Below are positions 12,038-23,256 of a DNA stretch of 64,000 nucleotides, one piece after another. The number at the start of each line of letters is the position of its first letter. Positions within the stretch are counted from its first letter, which is position 1. The stretch lies in NCBI GenBank assembly GCA_963784455.1, contig CAWARN010000029.1:45834-109833 (forward strand), in the 5' to 3' direction. Origin of the DNA: an uncultured Acidobacteriota bacterium. Its GTDB lineage: Bacteria > Acidobacteriota > Vicinamibacteria > Vicinamibacterales > Fen-181. The notes under the pieces were generated by a model. It was not told where the DNA came from. It did no database searches and worked only from the letters and a program-made list of their open reading frames with translations. The position numbers and the translations under genes were made by a program.

Positions 12038-13720
12038 ATGCTGCTGCGACGCATCGAGGTCGAGAACTTCAGGGGACTGCGATCCGCCGTCGTGGAGCTC
12101 GACGAAACGACGGCGCTCATCGGAGAGAACAGCGCGGGCAAGACGACGCTGCTCGACGCCGTGGCCATCTGCTGCGGCGGGCGCGACGACCGCGTCACGC
12201 TCGAGGTCCGCGACTTCCGCCAGGCGGGGCAGTCGCCGCCGTCCGAGTCGCTGGGCATCGCGCTCACCTTCGAGGGGACGGACGCCGAGTGGGCAGAGCA
12301 GGTGCGTGCGCCATTTCTCCGATTCCTCCGCCCGGGACCGCCCGGGCGCCGGGTCATCAGGCTCGAGGTCTCCGGCAGGCGTCACCCGGAACGCAACGCG
12401 GTCGAGGCGAGCTGGACGTTTGCGGGGGGCGAGGGACGGTCATCGGGTCCGCAGCCGGGGCTGCTCGCTGAGTGGCGGCGGCTCACGCCGATGCTCCGAT
12501 TGCGCGCCAACCGCTACGTGGAGCAGGACCCGCGGGGCACGGCCGCGGCAGCCGGCCGCGCGGACGTTGCCGATGCGACCGACCCGGTGGCCAGACAGCT
12601 CGAGCAGCAGATCCGCCTCATCTATGACCGGCTCACGGGCGCGTCGGACATCCAGGACGACGAACTGCGGCGCGGCCTCGATGCGGCCGAGGCCTACCTC
12701 GCCGCTCGCGGTCCCTTCCGCCGCGCGCCACTCCGGCCAGCGCCTCCTTCGATGAGCGACCTGGCGGAGACGCCTTCGTCGACTGGCAGGCGCGCCGAGC
12801 CGCTCCTGTCGAGCATCAAACAGGGCCGGGGCGCTCGCGGCCTGGCGTTCCTCGGGCTGATCGGCGCCATCCTCGAGGCGAGAGAGCGCCATTCGCTTCC
12901 CGAGGAGGCGCAGCCGCTGCTGGTGCTGGAGGACGTCGAGGCGCATCTCCACCCGACGACCCTCTCGGCCATGTGGGAGCTCATCGCGGAGCTTCCCGCT
13001 CAGAAGATCCTGACCACGAACTCGGGCGAACTCCTGGCGGCGGTCCCGCTGCGGTCGATTCGCCGCATCGTCACGGACCGCCTCGGGACTCGGGTGTACC
13101 GTATCGACTCCGAGCGGTACTCGGTGGACGACCTGCGCCGGATCGCCTATCACGTCCGGATCAACAGGGCGAGCGCGCTGTTTGCGCGGTGCTGGCTCTT
13201 CGTCGAAGGAGAGACCGAGGCGTGGCTGCTGCCCGAGCTGGCGCAGATTCGCGGCTACGACTTCCCGTCGGAGGGGATTCGCTGCGTGGAGTTCGCGCAG
13301 AGCGGACTGCGCGCCCTGCTGCGGCTGGCCAACGACCTCGGCATCGAGTGGCACCTGCTGACCGACGGTGACGAGGCCGGGCACAGCTACGTCATGTCGG
13401 CGAGGGCGCATCTGAAGGGGCGGCCGATCGAGGACCGGATCACGATGCTCGAGGAGCCCGACGTCGAGCACTGCCTCTTCCACCACGGCTACGCTGATGT
13501 CTACCGGACGCTGGCTGGCGCGCCGCCGCCTGGCGGGCGCGGACGGCGATTCCGCGAGCGGCCGACGGCCGTCATCTACAGGGCGATTCACGCGCGGTCG
13601 AAGCCGGGCCTGGCGCTGGCGGTGCTCGAAGCGGCGAACAAACCGGATGCGCCCGGCGTGCCCGGGCAGCTTCGATCGCTCATCGAGACGACCGTCCGCC
13701 TCGCGCGGCCGACGGTGTAG
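12038..13720 (+). CDS. OLD-family ATP-dependent endonuclease, YbjD/DUF2813-like (ABC-ATPase + TOPRIM)
   Basis: IEVENFRG, Walker A GENSAGKT, EDVEAHLHP, TOPRIM FVEGETE and LTDGD. The segment RRIAYHVRINRASALFARCWLFVEGETE..EFAQSGL resembles YbjD. Confidence 0.88.
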   Translation: MLLRRIEVENFRGLRSAVVELDETTALIGENSAGKTTLLDAVAICCGGRDDRVTLEVRDFRQAGQSPPSESLGIALTFEGTDAEWAEQVRAPFLRFLRPGPPGRRVIRLEVSGRRHPERNAVEASWTFAGGEGRSSGPQPGLLAEWRRLTPMLRLRANRYVEQDPRGTAAAAGRADVADATDPVARQLEQQIRLIYDRLTGASDIQDDELRRGLDAAEAYLAARGPFRRAPLRPAPPSMSDLAETPSSTGRRAEPLLSSIKQGRGARGLAFLGLIGAILEARERHSLPEEAQPLLVLEDVEAHLHPTTLSAMWELIAELPAQKILTTNSGELLAAVPLRSIRRIVTDRLGTRVYRIDSERYSVDDLRRIAYHVRINRASALFARCWLFVEGETEAWLLPELAQIRGYDFPSEGIRCVEFAQSGLRALLRLANDLGIEWHLLTDGDEAGHSYVMSARAHLKGRPIEDRITMLEEPDVEHCLFHHGYADVYRTLAGAPPPGGRGRRFRERPTAVIYRAIHARSKPGLALAVLEAANKPDAPGVPGQLRSLIETTVRLARPTV

Positions 13721-13728
13721 CGCCGGAT

Positions 13729-14139
13729 CTACCAGACCACGCGAACGCCACCCCACGCGGTGATGGCCGCGTCGCGGGTGATGAGCGGGACGTCGAGCCG
13801 TCGGGCTGCGGCGCAGATGAGGCCGTCGAACGGGTCGTTGTTCGGCCGGGCCTCGTTGGCGAGATAGACCTGTTCGGGCGTCAGGTCGAGCGGCTGAAAC
13901 GCCGGGTTGGCGAACAGGTCTTCGAAGAAGTCGCGAAGCGGCATCGAGGCACGCGCCAATCGACGTGCGAGCACGAACTCGAACTCGACGATGACGACCG
14001 CAGGGACGTAGACGATCGCTTGCCGCGCCTCGCAGGCATCGAAGAACGCCGCCGCCCGCTTGCCGAGGCGCCGGTCTCCCAAGCCGTAGTAGGCCAGCGC
14101 GTGGGTATCGCAGACGGCGGCGTCAGGCAGCCTAGCCAC
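13729..14139 (-). CDS. vapC: PIN-domain (VapC) toxin
   Basis: VCDTHAL, VIVEF, DPFDGLICAAA, LITRD. Confidence 0.88.
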   Translation of the reverse strand: MARLPDAAVCDTHALAYYGLGDRRLGKRAAAFFDACEARQAIVYVPAVVIVEFEFVLARRLARASMPLRDFFEDLFANPAFQPLDLTPEQVYLANEARPNNDPFDGLICAAARRLDVPLITRDAAITAWGGVRVVW

Positions 14140-14437
14140 GGCGAACCCGGAGTGCGGCGATGTCAATGTCGCCGAGCAGGTCGTCCCAGTTTGCCCGCCA
14201 GGCGTCCCAGACCTCTGCCGAAATGGCCGGAGCCAGATCGAGCGGCTCGTCGGTCATCGCGGTGAGCGCGCCCCTCATCGACTTCGCCGGCCGCGGCGTG
14301 TTCGCCCCGAAGCGCGTCCGCGTCAACAGTCGGTCGAGATACTCGCTGAGACTGCCGACACCCTCGGCCCGCGCCCGGCCCTTCAGCCAGACCAGGTTGT
14401 CGGGGGAGAGGGTGACGGAGATGGCCTGCTTGCTCAT
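14132..14437 (-). CDS. Putative ribbon-helix-helix antitoxin
   Basis: MSKQAISVTLS...SLSEYLDRLL; overlaps the vapC start. Operator-like palindrome ATACGAT-N4-ATCGTAT at 14436-14453. Confidence 0.75.
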   Translation of the reverse strand: MSKQAISVTLSPDNLVWLKGRARAEGVGSLSEYLDRLLTRTRFGANTPRPAKSMRGALTAMTDEPLDLAPAISAEVWDAWRANWDDLLGDIDIAALRVRRG

Positions 14438-14750
14438 ACGATGATTATCGTATAGCACGGAATGGACCAGTGTCAACATCGACTTCCTCCCTCTGGGGCA
14501 GGCCAGAACGGCGGCCCCTGCCGGCGGAGTTCCCCTGCAATCCGGCGGCCAGGCGCGCGGTCTCCGCGAGATCGCCAGGAATGGCCGAGAATCGCGTCCG
14601 ATGAGGTCCGGCGCTCTTGGTTCGGCTCGAGCGAGGACGCAGAATCTGCGATCGGTCCGGTGGTTGCGGCGTGCAGATCCATGGCATCCTCCTCGGGGAC
14701 GTGGTATCGCGACCGCGCGGCTGGGCTAGAATGCACGGTGGAGGTAACCG

Positions 14751-17353
14751 GTGGAACGGAACAAGAACATCCTCGGCCGCATGGCTCTCGTCGTCCTCCT
14801 GATGACGACGCTCACGCTCGCGCTGGCGTGCGGGTCAGGCAGCCGGTCGGCGCCCCCGCCTCCTGCCGCGGGCGCCAAACCTGGGACGGCGCCCGCTGGC
14901 ATGACCGGACCGGACGCCGAACGGCGCATCGACGCGATCGTGTCGAAGATGTCGCTCGAGGAGAAGGTCGACTACGTCGGCGGCACGGATTGGTTCTTCG
15001 TGCGCGCGGTGCCCCGCCTCGGCGTCCCGGCGCTGAGGATGGCCGACGGCCCGTTCGGCGTGCGGGGGACGTCGCCGTCTACGGCCATGGCCGCTGGCAT
15101 CGCACTCGCCTCCACCTGGAACCCGACCCTGGCCGAGACGGTGGGCGTCGAAATCGGCCGCGACGCCAGGGCACGCGGCATTCACTTCCTGCTCGGGCCC
15201 GGCGTGAACATCTACCGCGCGCCGATGAACGGCCGCAACTTCGAGTACTTCGGCGAGGATCCGTTGCTCGCGGGTCGCATCGCCGTCGGCTACATCAACG
15301 GCATGCAGCGCCAGGGCGTCAGCGCCACGGTGAAGCACTTCCTCGCGAACAACTCGGAGTTTGACCGGAACCGGACCGACTCGGTTCTCGACGAACGGAC
15401 GATGCGGGAGATCTACTTCCCCGCATTCGAAGCCGCGGTGAAGGAGGCGAAGGTGGGCGCGCTGATGACGTCGTACAACCTCATCAACGGCGTTCACGCC
15501 TCGCAGAACGGCCCGATGATCACCGACGTCGTCAAGAAGGACTGGGGCTTCGACGGCGTCGTGATGTCCGACTGGAAGGCGACCTACGACGGCGTGGGCG
15601 CCGCCAACGCCGGCCTCGATCTCGAGATGCCGAGCGGGGTCGCGATGAACCGGGCATCGCTCCTCCCAGCAGTCAAGTCGGGCATCGTGTCGGCGTCGAC
15701 CATCGACGACAAGGTCCGGCGGATCCTGCGCGCGGCGGCCCGGTTTGGATGGCTGGACCGCGAGCAGGCCGACCTGGCGATTCCCACGCTCAACCCGCAG
15801 GGAGACGCCGTCGCCCTCGAGGCGGCCCGCCAGGGCATGGTGCTCCTGAAGAACGACGGGCAGATCCTGCCGCTCGACAGGACGCGGCTGAAGACCGTCG
15901 CGGTGATCGGCCCGCTCGCGCATCCCGGCGTGCCCGTGGGCGGTGGGAGCGCGGGCGTCCAGCCGTACAGGACCGTGAGCCAGCTCGAAGGGATCGCGGC
16001 AGCGCTCGGCCCAAACGTCACGGTCCTCCATCACCGAGGGCTTCCGACCTTCGCTGAACTGGCCAACCGCACGAACTTCACGACGGAACAGAACGGCGGA
16101 CGCGCCGGGGTCGTGGTCGAGGTGTTCGGCAACCTCGCGCTCGAGGGCCGGCCGGCCGCGACGCGTGTCGAAGAGCGCATCAATCTCGTGGGACCGTACG
16201 TACCGCCTGGTCCGAGCACCGAGCCGACGGGCGCCTTCTCGTCGGCGCGTTGGACCGGCTGGTTCACGCCTGCCGACTCCACGCCGCACCGGTTCTTCCT
16301 CTTCGACTTCCGCGGCGAGGCCGGCTGCCGCGCCATGGTGGACGGCAAGGCGGTCCTCGACAACTGGGAGGTGCCGAAGGCGCAGCTCACCGAGACGACG
16401 ATGACCTTCACGCCCGGGCCGCACAAGGTCGTGCTCGAGTGTTCGCGGCGGGTCATCCCCGGATCGACCGGGGTCTTCGTCCGGCTGGGCATCGTCCCCG
16501 AGCAGTCGATCGTCGAACCGGCCGCCCTCGCGATCGCGGCCAAGGCTGACGTCGTCGTGGCGGCGCTGGGCTACGACGCGCAGGTCGAATCGGAGAGCGG
16601 AGATCGTCCCTTCGCCCTGCCGGGAGGCCAGGACCTCCTGATCAAGGGCCTGGTCGGCGCTAACAAGAAGACCATCGTGGCCATCACCTCTGGCGGCGGC
16701 GTGGACATGGCCGGATGGCTCGATTTGGTGCCGGCCGTCGTCATGTCGTGGTTCTCGGGGCAGCAGGGCGGCACGGCGCTCGGCCAGCTCCTGGCCGGGG
16801 ACGCCAACTTCTCGGGCCGCCTGCCGATTACGATCGAGAAGTCGTGGGCGGACAATCCGAACCACGACAGCTACTATCCGGCGCCGGGCACGAAGAAGGT
16901 CCCGTACTCGAACGGCGTGTTCGTCGGCTACCGCGGGTACGAGCGCGACAAGGTGGCGCCGCTCTTCCCGTTCGGGTACGGCCTCTCCTACACGACGTTC
17001 TCGTTCGGCAAGCCGGCGATCACGCCGAAGGCGGGGGCGACGGGACCCGCCTACACCGTGTCGTTCGACGTGACGAACACGGGGTCACGGGCCGGCGCGG
17101 CGGTTGCGCAGGTATACGTGGCGCCGATCCAGCCGAAGGTGCCGAGGCCGCCGAAAGAACTCAAGGGGTTCGCCCGAGTGGAGCTCAAACCCGGCGAAGT
17201 GCGGCGGGTGACGGTCGAGCTCGACGCACGGGCGTTCTCGGTACCTGGGACGCTTCCGGCCGCCAATGGCGGGCCGACGCCGGGGATTACCGCATCCTCG
17301 TCGGATCCTCGACGGCGGACACGCCTGTCGATGCGACGATCACGCTGAAGTAG
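14751..17353 (+). CDS. GH3 beta-glucosidase/xylosidase with PA14 insert and Fn3-like domain, lipoprotein (frameshift near 17240)
   Basis: DGPFGVR, GRNFEYFGEDP, VKHF, VMSDW nucleophile motif, VLLKN, ESESGDR, FPFGYGLSYTTF, KELKGF. LALAC lipobox. Confidence 0.93.
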
Positions 17354-17370
17354 AAAGACATGGAACCTCT

Positions 17371-17425
17371 CTCTCCTACAGGCCGTCTATAGTAGCGTGT
17401 CTGCTATAGACCGTCTGTAGGAGAG
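17371..17425. promoter_or_regulatory. Long inverted repeat, probable PadR autoregulatory operator pair
   Basis: CTCTCCTACAGGCCGTCTATAGTAG-N5-CTGCTATAGACCGTCTGTAGGAGAG; the right arm overlaps the GGAGAG RBS of padR. Confidence 0.65.
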
Positions 17426-17430
17426 CGCCC

Positions 17431-17769
17431 GTGACCCCACCGACCAAGACCGACCTCCTCCTGGGCACCCTCGACCTGCTCGTCCTGAAGGTCCTCAACC
17501 TCGGACCGCTGCATGGCCTCGGCGTCGCGCGCCGGATCGGGCAGGTCACCCGGGGCGCGTTCCAGGTGAAACCCGGCTCGCTCTTTCCGGCGCTCTACCG
17601 CATGGAACAGGCCGGCTGGCTCGCCTCTTCGTGGGGCGTGTCGGACACCAACCGCAAAGCGCGCTACTACCGGCTCACGGCGGCGGGGCGCCGCAGGCTG
17701 ACCGTCGAAACCGAGGAGTGGGACAAGGTGTCGGCGGCGATGACGCTGGCGCTTGGAACCGCCGAATAG
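17431..17769 (+). CDS. PadR-family transcriptional regulator (Acidobacterial type)
   Basis: LLLGTLDLLVLK, LHG, GSLFPALYRME..GW, NRKARYYRLT..GR. Confidence 0.93.
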   Translation: MTPPTKTDLLLGTLDLLVLKVLNLGPLHGLGVARRIGQVTRGAFQVKPGSLFPALYRMEQAGWLASSWGVSDTNRKARYYRLTAAGRRRLTVETEEWDKVSAAMTLALGTAE

Positions 17770-17782
17770 CCCGGAGGGTGCC

Positions 17783-20524
17783 ATGCAGCGCTGGAGGAGG
17801 CTCGTTCGCGCGATCCGAAGCCTGGCGGGCCGCGGCCCGGTTCATGACGACCTGGATGCGGAGGTCTCCGGCTACCTCGAGATGCTGGCCGACGAGAAGA
17901 TGGCGGCCGGCCTGTCATCGGACGAAGCGTTTCGCCAGGCGCGGCTCGAGACGGGAGGTGTCGAACAGGTGAAGGAGCGCGTCCGCGACGTCCGGCCCGC
18001 TGCGTGGCTCGATACGCTGGCTCGCGACTTCCGGCAGGGCGTCGCGCAACTCTTCAGGGTCCCGGTCTTCTCGCTGACGGTGATCACCGTCCTCGCGCTC
18101 GGCGTCGGAGCCAATGTGGCGGTGTTCGGGCTGGTCAACCTCCTGTTGCTGAAGCCGCGGGCCGGAGTCGGGGCGCCGCACGAGCTGGTCGCCCTGCACG
18201 TCCACGCGCCCGCCCGCACCGACTCGTACCGCCGGTTCGCCTACGCCGACTACGACGCGCTCCGGCGCCAGACGGACGTCTTTCGGGCCGTGGCGGCGCA
18301 CCGCAGCATCCGCGCCATCCTCACCGACGGAGACACTTCGCGGACCGCGCAGGTGGGCGAGGTGACGGCGTCGTTCTTCTCGACGCTGCAGACCAGGCTC
18401 GCAATCGGTCGGTCGTTCACCGAAGACGAAGCACGCCCAGGCAGCGGCGCCGCCGTGGCTGTCATCGGCCACGCCGCCTGGCGGGCGGTGGGCGGGCGCA
18501 CCTCGATTCTCGGCCGCGTCGTCATGCTGAACTCGCATCCATTCACAATCGTCGGCGTCGCGCCGGAGGGATTCACCGGGACGCTGGCCGCGTTCGGCCC
18601 GGAGATCTGGGTGCCGGTCGGCGCGGACCCGCTGCTTCGCGCGCCCGCCGACGACGAGCCTTCCCCGGGGCCAGCCGCCTTGTGGACCGCGCGCAACCTG
18701 TCGGTCGTCGCCAGGCCCCGACCTGGACTCTCAATCGATGCACTCAATGCGGAGTTGCGGGTCGTCTCGCCGCGCGTCGCCGCTCCCCGAGAACCGGCTG
18801 CGAGCGAGGAAGTGCTGACGGCCAATCCGCTGGCGCGCACGCAGGACAGCGACGTGCCCGAGGACGACGACGGGCTGTACCTGCCTCTTGGAGCTCTCGT
18901 CGGGATGGCCGCCACGCTTCTCGTGGTGGCGAGCCTGAACGCGGCGAACATGCAGCTGGCGCGCGGCGCCACGCGTCGCAGGGAGATCGCCACGCGCCTG
19001 GCGCTCGGAGCGGGCCGGGCCCGCATCGTCGGCCAGTTGCTCGTCGAGAACCTGGTGCTCGCGGCCCTGGCCGGGCTGCTCGGCCTCCTCCTCGGCGACT
19101 GGACATTGAAGCTCGCCGGGGCCTCGTTCGCTCCGCTCGTCGATGACGTGCTGGCAATCCCCCCGGCACCGGACGTCCGCGTCCTGGCCGCGACGCTCGT
19201 CTTCTGCCTGGTGAGCGCGCTGGTGTGCGCCTTGGGTCCAGCGCTGAGGCTGTCGAAGGTCAGTGTCCTCGACGATCTGAAGGGCCAGGCGGCGGCGGGA
19301 GCGGACTGGCGCCATGTCCGTGTAGGCCCGCGCAACCTGGTGGTCGCGTGGCAGGTGGCATTATCGCTGGCGCTGCTGGCGACGGCCGGTCTCTTCATCC
19401 GGGCCGCCGTGGTCGCAGGGCAGGCCGACCCCGGCTACCGGGTGGATCAGCAGATCCTCGTGAAGGTGGATGCACCGGGCCTGACCGCGCGCGAGGCACG
19501 CACGGCGTTCGCGGCGCTGATGGACCGGATCCGCGCGATGCCGGGCGTCGAGGCGGCGTCGGCGGCCTCTCTGGTTGCGCTGGGCAACAACTACAGCTCC
19601 CGGCCGGTGGCAGCTGCCGGCGCCTCGAGCACGCCGTCTGGCTCGGGCGTGACCGCACAGGACTACGCGGTCGGTTCCGACTACTTCCGGACGCTCGGAC
19701 TCGCGCGGCTGCGCGGACGCGAGTTCACTGCGGCCGAAGAGAGCGAGCCGCCCGCCACGCCGGTCGCGATCATCGACGAGCCGCTGGCGCGCGCGCTGTT
19801 CCCAGGCAAGGAGGCCATTGGGCAGTACGTCGCGCTGCCACCGATCGGAGCGGGCGGACTACCCGAGTCACTCCAGGTGGTCGGCCTCGTGGCCGGCCAA
19901 CGGAGCCGGCTGACGGACCGGGCACCGGTCGCGCACATCTACAGGCCGCTGGGGAGTCGTGACCAGCGGCCGCTGAACATCCACGTCCGCTTGGCGGGCG
20001 CGGCGTGGGCGAACCGGGCGAACCTGCTCGGAGGCCTGCGCACCGTCGTCCGAGGGGCCGACGCGCGGCTTGCCCTGCTCTCGGCTTCGTCGCTCCGCGA
20101 CGTGCACGACCGCACGCCGGTCAGCTGGCTGATCCGAGCCGCCGGGACCGCCTTTGGCGCGCTCGGCCTGGTGGGCCTGGCGATGGCGGTCGTCGGGCTC
20201 TACGGGATGAAGGCGTACCTCGTGGCTCGGCGCACGCGCGAAATCGGGATTCGGATGGCCCTCGGGGCCACGCCGGGAGGTGTTGTCTCGCTCGTGATGA
20301 AGGACGGCATCCGTATGCTCGCTGCCGGCCTCGCGGTTGGCTTCGTCCTGGCGGTCGGAGCCGGGCGCCTGGTGAGCCGACTCGTCGTGGGCGTGAGCCC
20401 GCTGGACCCGCTCGTCCTCGCGGGTGCGATGACCGCAATCGTCGCGGCCGTGACAGCCGCGAGCTTCCTGCCGGCCAGGCGCGCGACGCGGATCGAACCG
20501 GGGCTGGCGTCCCGCAGCGAGTGA
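17783..20524 (+). CDS. ADOP-type duplicated ABC permease (MacB_PCD/FtsX x2)
   Basis: Permease-prefix DAEV..YLEM..GGVEQVKE, LALGVGANVAVF, RRREIATRLALGA, RRTREIGIRMALGA, PARRATRIEP. Confidence 0.93.
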   Translation: MQRWRRLVRAIRSLAGRGPVHDDLDAEVSGYLEMLADEKMAAGLSSDEAFRQARLETGGVEQVKERVRDVRPAAWLDTLARDFRQGVAQLFRVPVFSLTVITVLALGVGANVAVFGLVNLLLLKPRAGVGAPHELVALHVHAPARTDSYRRFAYADYDALRRQTDVFRAVAAHRSIRAILTDGDTSRTAQVGEVTASFFSTLQTRLAIGRSFTEDEARPGSGAAVAVIGHAAWRAVGGRTSILGRVVMLNSHPFTIVGVAPEGFTGTLAAFGPEIWVPVGADPLLRAPADDEPSPGPAALWTARNLSVVARPRPGLSIDALNAELRVVSPRVAAPREPAASEEVLTANPLARTQDSDVPEDDDGLYLPLGALVGMAATLLVVASLNAANMQLARGATRRREIATRLALGAGRARIVGQLLVENLVLAALAGLLGLLLGDWTLKLAGASFAPLVDDVLAIPPAPDVRVLAATLVFCLVSALVCALGPALRLSKVSVLDDLKGQAAAGADWRHVRVGPRNLVVAWQVALSLALLATAGLFIRAAVVAGQADPGYRVDQQILVKVDAPGLTAREARTAFAALMDRIRAMPGVEAASAASLVALGNNYSSRPVAAAGASSTPSGSGVTAQDYAVGSDYFRTLGLARLRGREFTAAEESEPPATPVAIIDEPLARALFPGKEAIGQYVALPPIGAGGLPESLQVVGLVAGQRSRLTDRAPVAHIYRPLGSRDQRPLNIHVRLAGAAWANRANLLGGLRTVVRGADARLALLSASSLRDVHDRTPVSWLIRAAGTAFGALGLVGLAMAVVGLYGMKAYLVARRTREIGIRMALGATPGGVVSLVMKDGIRMLAAGLAVGFVLAVGAGRLVSRLVVGVSPLDPLVLAGAMTAIVAAVTAASFLPARRATRIEPGLASRSE

Positions 20525-20693
20525 CGGACCGGCTGTGCCTGGCGGGCCCCGCGGCGGAGCGGCTCTTCCGAACGCCGCCCACGATGTCCGACAACGGGCG
20601 TTCTCTTCACCCACCCGCGGTGCCCCCGGACTATTGCGCCGTCGCAAACGACGAGGGCGTATACTGCGTGATGCTCCCGCCCTCGAGGAGGTG

Positions 20694-21431
20694 ATGCCTG
20701 TGCGACGCACAATTCTGACCCTTGTTCTGGCGGCGGTTCTCGCGACGGCACCGATGCGTGGCGTCGAGGCGCAGGGGACGGCGCCCGCACGGGCGCAAAC
20801 CCAGGATGGGGCGCCAACGTGGAACTACAAGGGCACCCCCTTCACCGACCGCGTCCGGCCCACGGGGCCGCAGCAGGTGCCGGGCATCGTCTACTGCGCC
20901 TACTACGACCGCGGCGGCGAGGGCATCGCGTACCACGACAGTGACGCCAAGAACAACGGCAGCGGCGCGCTCAACCCCGCCGACGGCAGCTACCTCCACG
21001 AGTTCCGCAAGGACGAGGGCGTCGACATCAGCTACACGAAGACAAAGGACGATACCGACACGAGCCAGTACAACAAGGTCCGGCCCGACCCGAACCTGCT
21101 GTACGTGGGGTGGACCGAGCCCGGGGAGTGGTTCAACGTGACCGTCGACGTGAAGGAGGCGGGCCGCTACACGATCAATCTGCTCTACACGTCGAACCGG
21201 GGCGGATCGATCTCGCTCGATCGCAACGGGCGTGCGCTGACGAATGCCGTGGAGGTGCCCACGACCTTCGACGCCGGAGATCCCATCGCGTGGCGGCAGT
21301 GGCACCACTGGAACCTGCTGAAGGACGCGGCGAGCTTCGAACTGCCGGCGGGTGTGAGCGTCCTGACCGTTCACACGCTGACCGGCGGAAACATGAACTA
21401 CGCGACGATTACATTCCGTCGCCAGCGCTGA
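20694..21431 (+). CDS. Secreted carbohydrate-binding protein (CBM6/CBM35-like)
   Basis: Signal peptide, [36 protein letters not shown]. Confidence 0.7.
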   Translation: MPVRRTILTLVLAAVLATAPMRGVEAQGTAPARAQTQDGAPTWNYKGTPFTDRVRPTGPQQVPGIVYCAYYDRGGEGIAYHDSDAKNNGSGALNPADGSYLHEFRKDEGVDISYTKTKDDTDTSQYNKVRPDPNLLYVGWTEPGEWFNVTVDVKEAGRYTINLLYTSNRGGSISLDRNGRALTNAVEVPTTFDAGDPIAWRQWHHWNLLKDAASFELPAGVSVLTVHTLTGGNMNYATITFRRQR

Positions 21432-21632
21432 TCGGGCGGCCTTCTCCGGTCGCCCGTCAGAACCCCGGAACGGCGATTCGCGGGCGACATTCACCGCGTC
21501 GAACTGAAGACGCCGCTCCTGCGGGACGCCGGGGTCCGATGACCGCGGTTCGGGGGCGAACGGCGCCGCGAGCGGCTATCGGCCAACGAGCGGAGCCGAG
21601 TTCGCGCAGGACGAGGCGAGGAAGGCGTTCGC

Positions 21633-23185
21633 ATGACTGCGATGCCCGGCACGAGCGGCACACCCTGCGGATTGCCGTCGATGCGCGCGACAACGTCGCG
21701 ATAGTCGTCAACGCCGGAGGTCTGCCCGCCGGGACGGCCTTCGACGATGGTCTGGTGCTGCTGGACCCCGTGCCGCAGGGACACAAGGTCGCGATTGTGG
21801 ACATCGCGCGAGGCGACGGGGTGGTCCGATACGGCGAGATCATCGGGCGTGCCGTCACGTCGCTGCCCCAAGGCTCGTGGGTCGGCGAGTCGTCGCTGTC
21901 GCCGGTCGCGCCGCCGCCTCTCGACGTCCTGCCGATCGCCACGCGCGTGCCGCCGACCCGGCCTCCGCTCGAGGGCTACTCGTTCCAGGGCTATCGAAAC
22001 GCCGACGGTTCCGTGGGCACGCGCAACATCCTTGGGATTTCCACCAGCGTTCAATGCGTGGCCGGCGTGATCGACTACGTGGTGCCGATCGTGAAGCAGC
22101 GCCTGCTGCCGAACTATCCCAACGTGGACGACGTGGTCGGGCTCACCCATACCTACGGCTGCGGCTTTGACGCCGATGCGCCGGGCGCCGCGATCCCGAT
22201 TCGCACGCTGCAGAACCTCGCGCGCAACCCGAACTTCGGAGGAACAGTCCTCGTCGTCGGGCTCGGCTGCGAGAAGCTGCAGCCGGAACAGCTGCTGCCT
22301 GGGCTGCCCGATGCGGTCGCCGAGGCGAGCATCATCCGACTGCAGGACGAGCGATTCGTCGGGTTCAAGGCGATGGTGGACGCCATCCTGGAACGTGCGG
22401 ACGAGCGACTGTCAGCCCTCAACCGCCGTCGGCGCGAATCGTGCCCGGCCTCAGCGCTCGTCGTGGGGGTCCAATGCGGCGGTTCCGACGCGTTCTCGGG
22501 CGTGACGGCCAACCCGGCCGTGGGTTTTGCGTCCGATCTCCTGGTTCGTGCGGGCGCGACGGTACTTTTCTCCGAAGTCACGGAGGTGCGCGACGCGGTT
22601 CACCTGTTGACGCCGCGGGCGGTCAACGAGGACGTTGGCCGCGCCCTCGTCCGCGAGATGGCATGGTACGACCAGTACCTGGCGGCCGGCGGAACCGATC
22701 GCAGTGCCAATCCCACGCCTGGCAACAAGGTCGGTGGACTCGCGAATGTCGTCGAGAAAGCTCTGGGTTCGGTCGTCAAGTCAGGAACGAGTCCGATTTC
22801 CCAAGTGCTGGCACCTGGGGAGCAGGCGACGGCGAAGGGCCTGATCTTCGCCGCGACGCCCGCGAGCGACTTCGTCTGCGGTACGCTGCAACTGGCCTCG
22901 GGCATGACGTTGCAGGTGTTCACGACCGGGCGCGGCACGCCCTACGGCTTGGCTGCAGCCCCTGTGATCAAGGTCGCCACGAGAAGCGACCTGGCCGCTC
23001 GCTGGCACGACCTCATCGACCTCGACGCCGGCCGCATCGCGACCGGCGACGCGACCGTGGAGGAGGTCGGCTGGGAGCTGTTTCGGATGATCCTCGATGT
23101 CGCAAGCGGGGCCACGAGGCCGTGGTCGGATCGGTGGCCGTTGCACAACGCGCTGGTGTTGTTCAACCCCGCGCCGGTGACGTGA
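21633..23185 (+). CDS. garD: Galactarate dehydratase (UxaA/GarD family), frameshift near the start
   Basis: SAF domain ([24 protein letters not shown]), [43 protein letters not shown]-terminal FNPAPVT. Confidence 0.92.
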
Positions 23186-23256
23186 TACGGGCCATCCTCC
23201 GGCGACCGACTCGATGGCGAGGGTGGTGGGAATCAGCATTCCGAACATCAGAAGGG

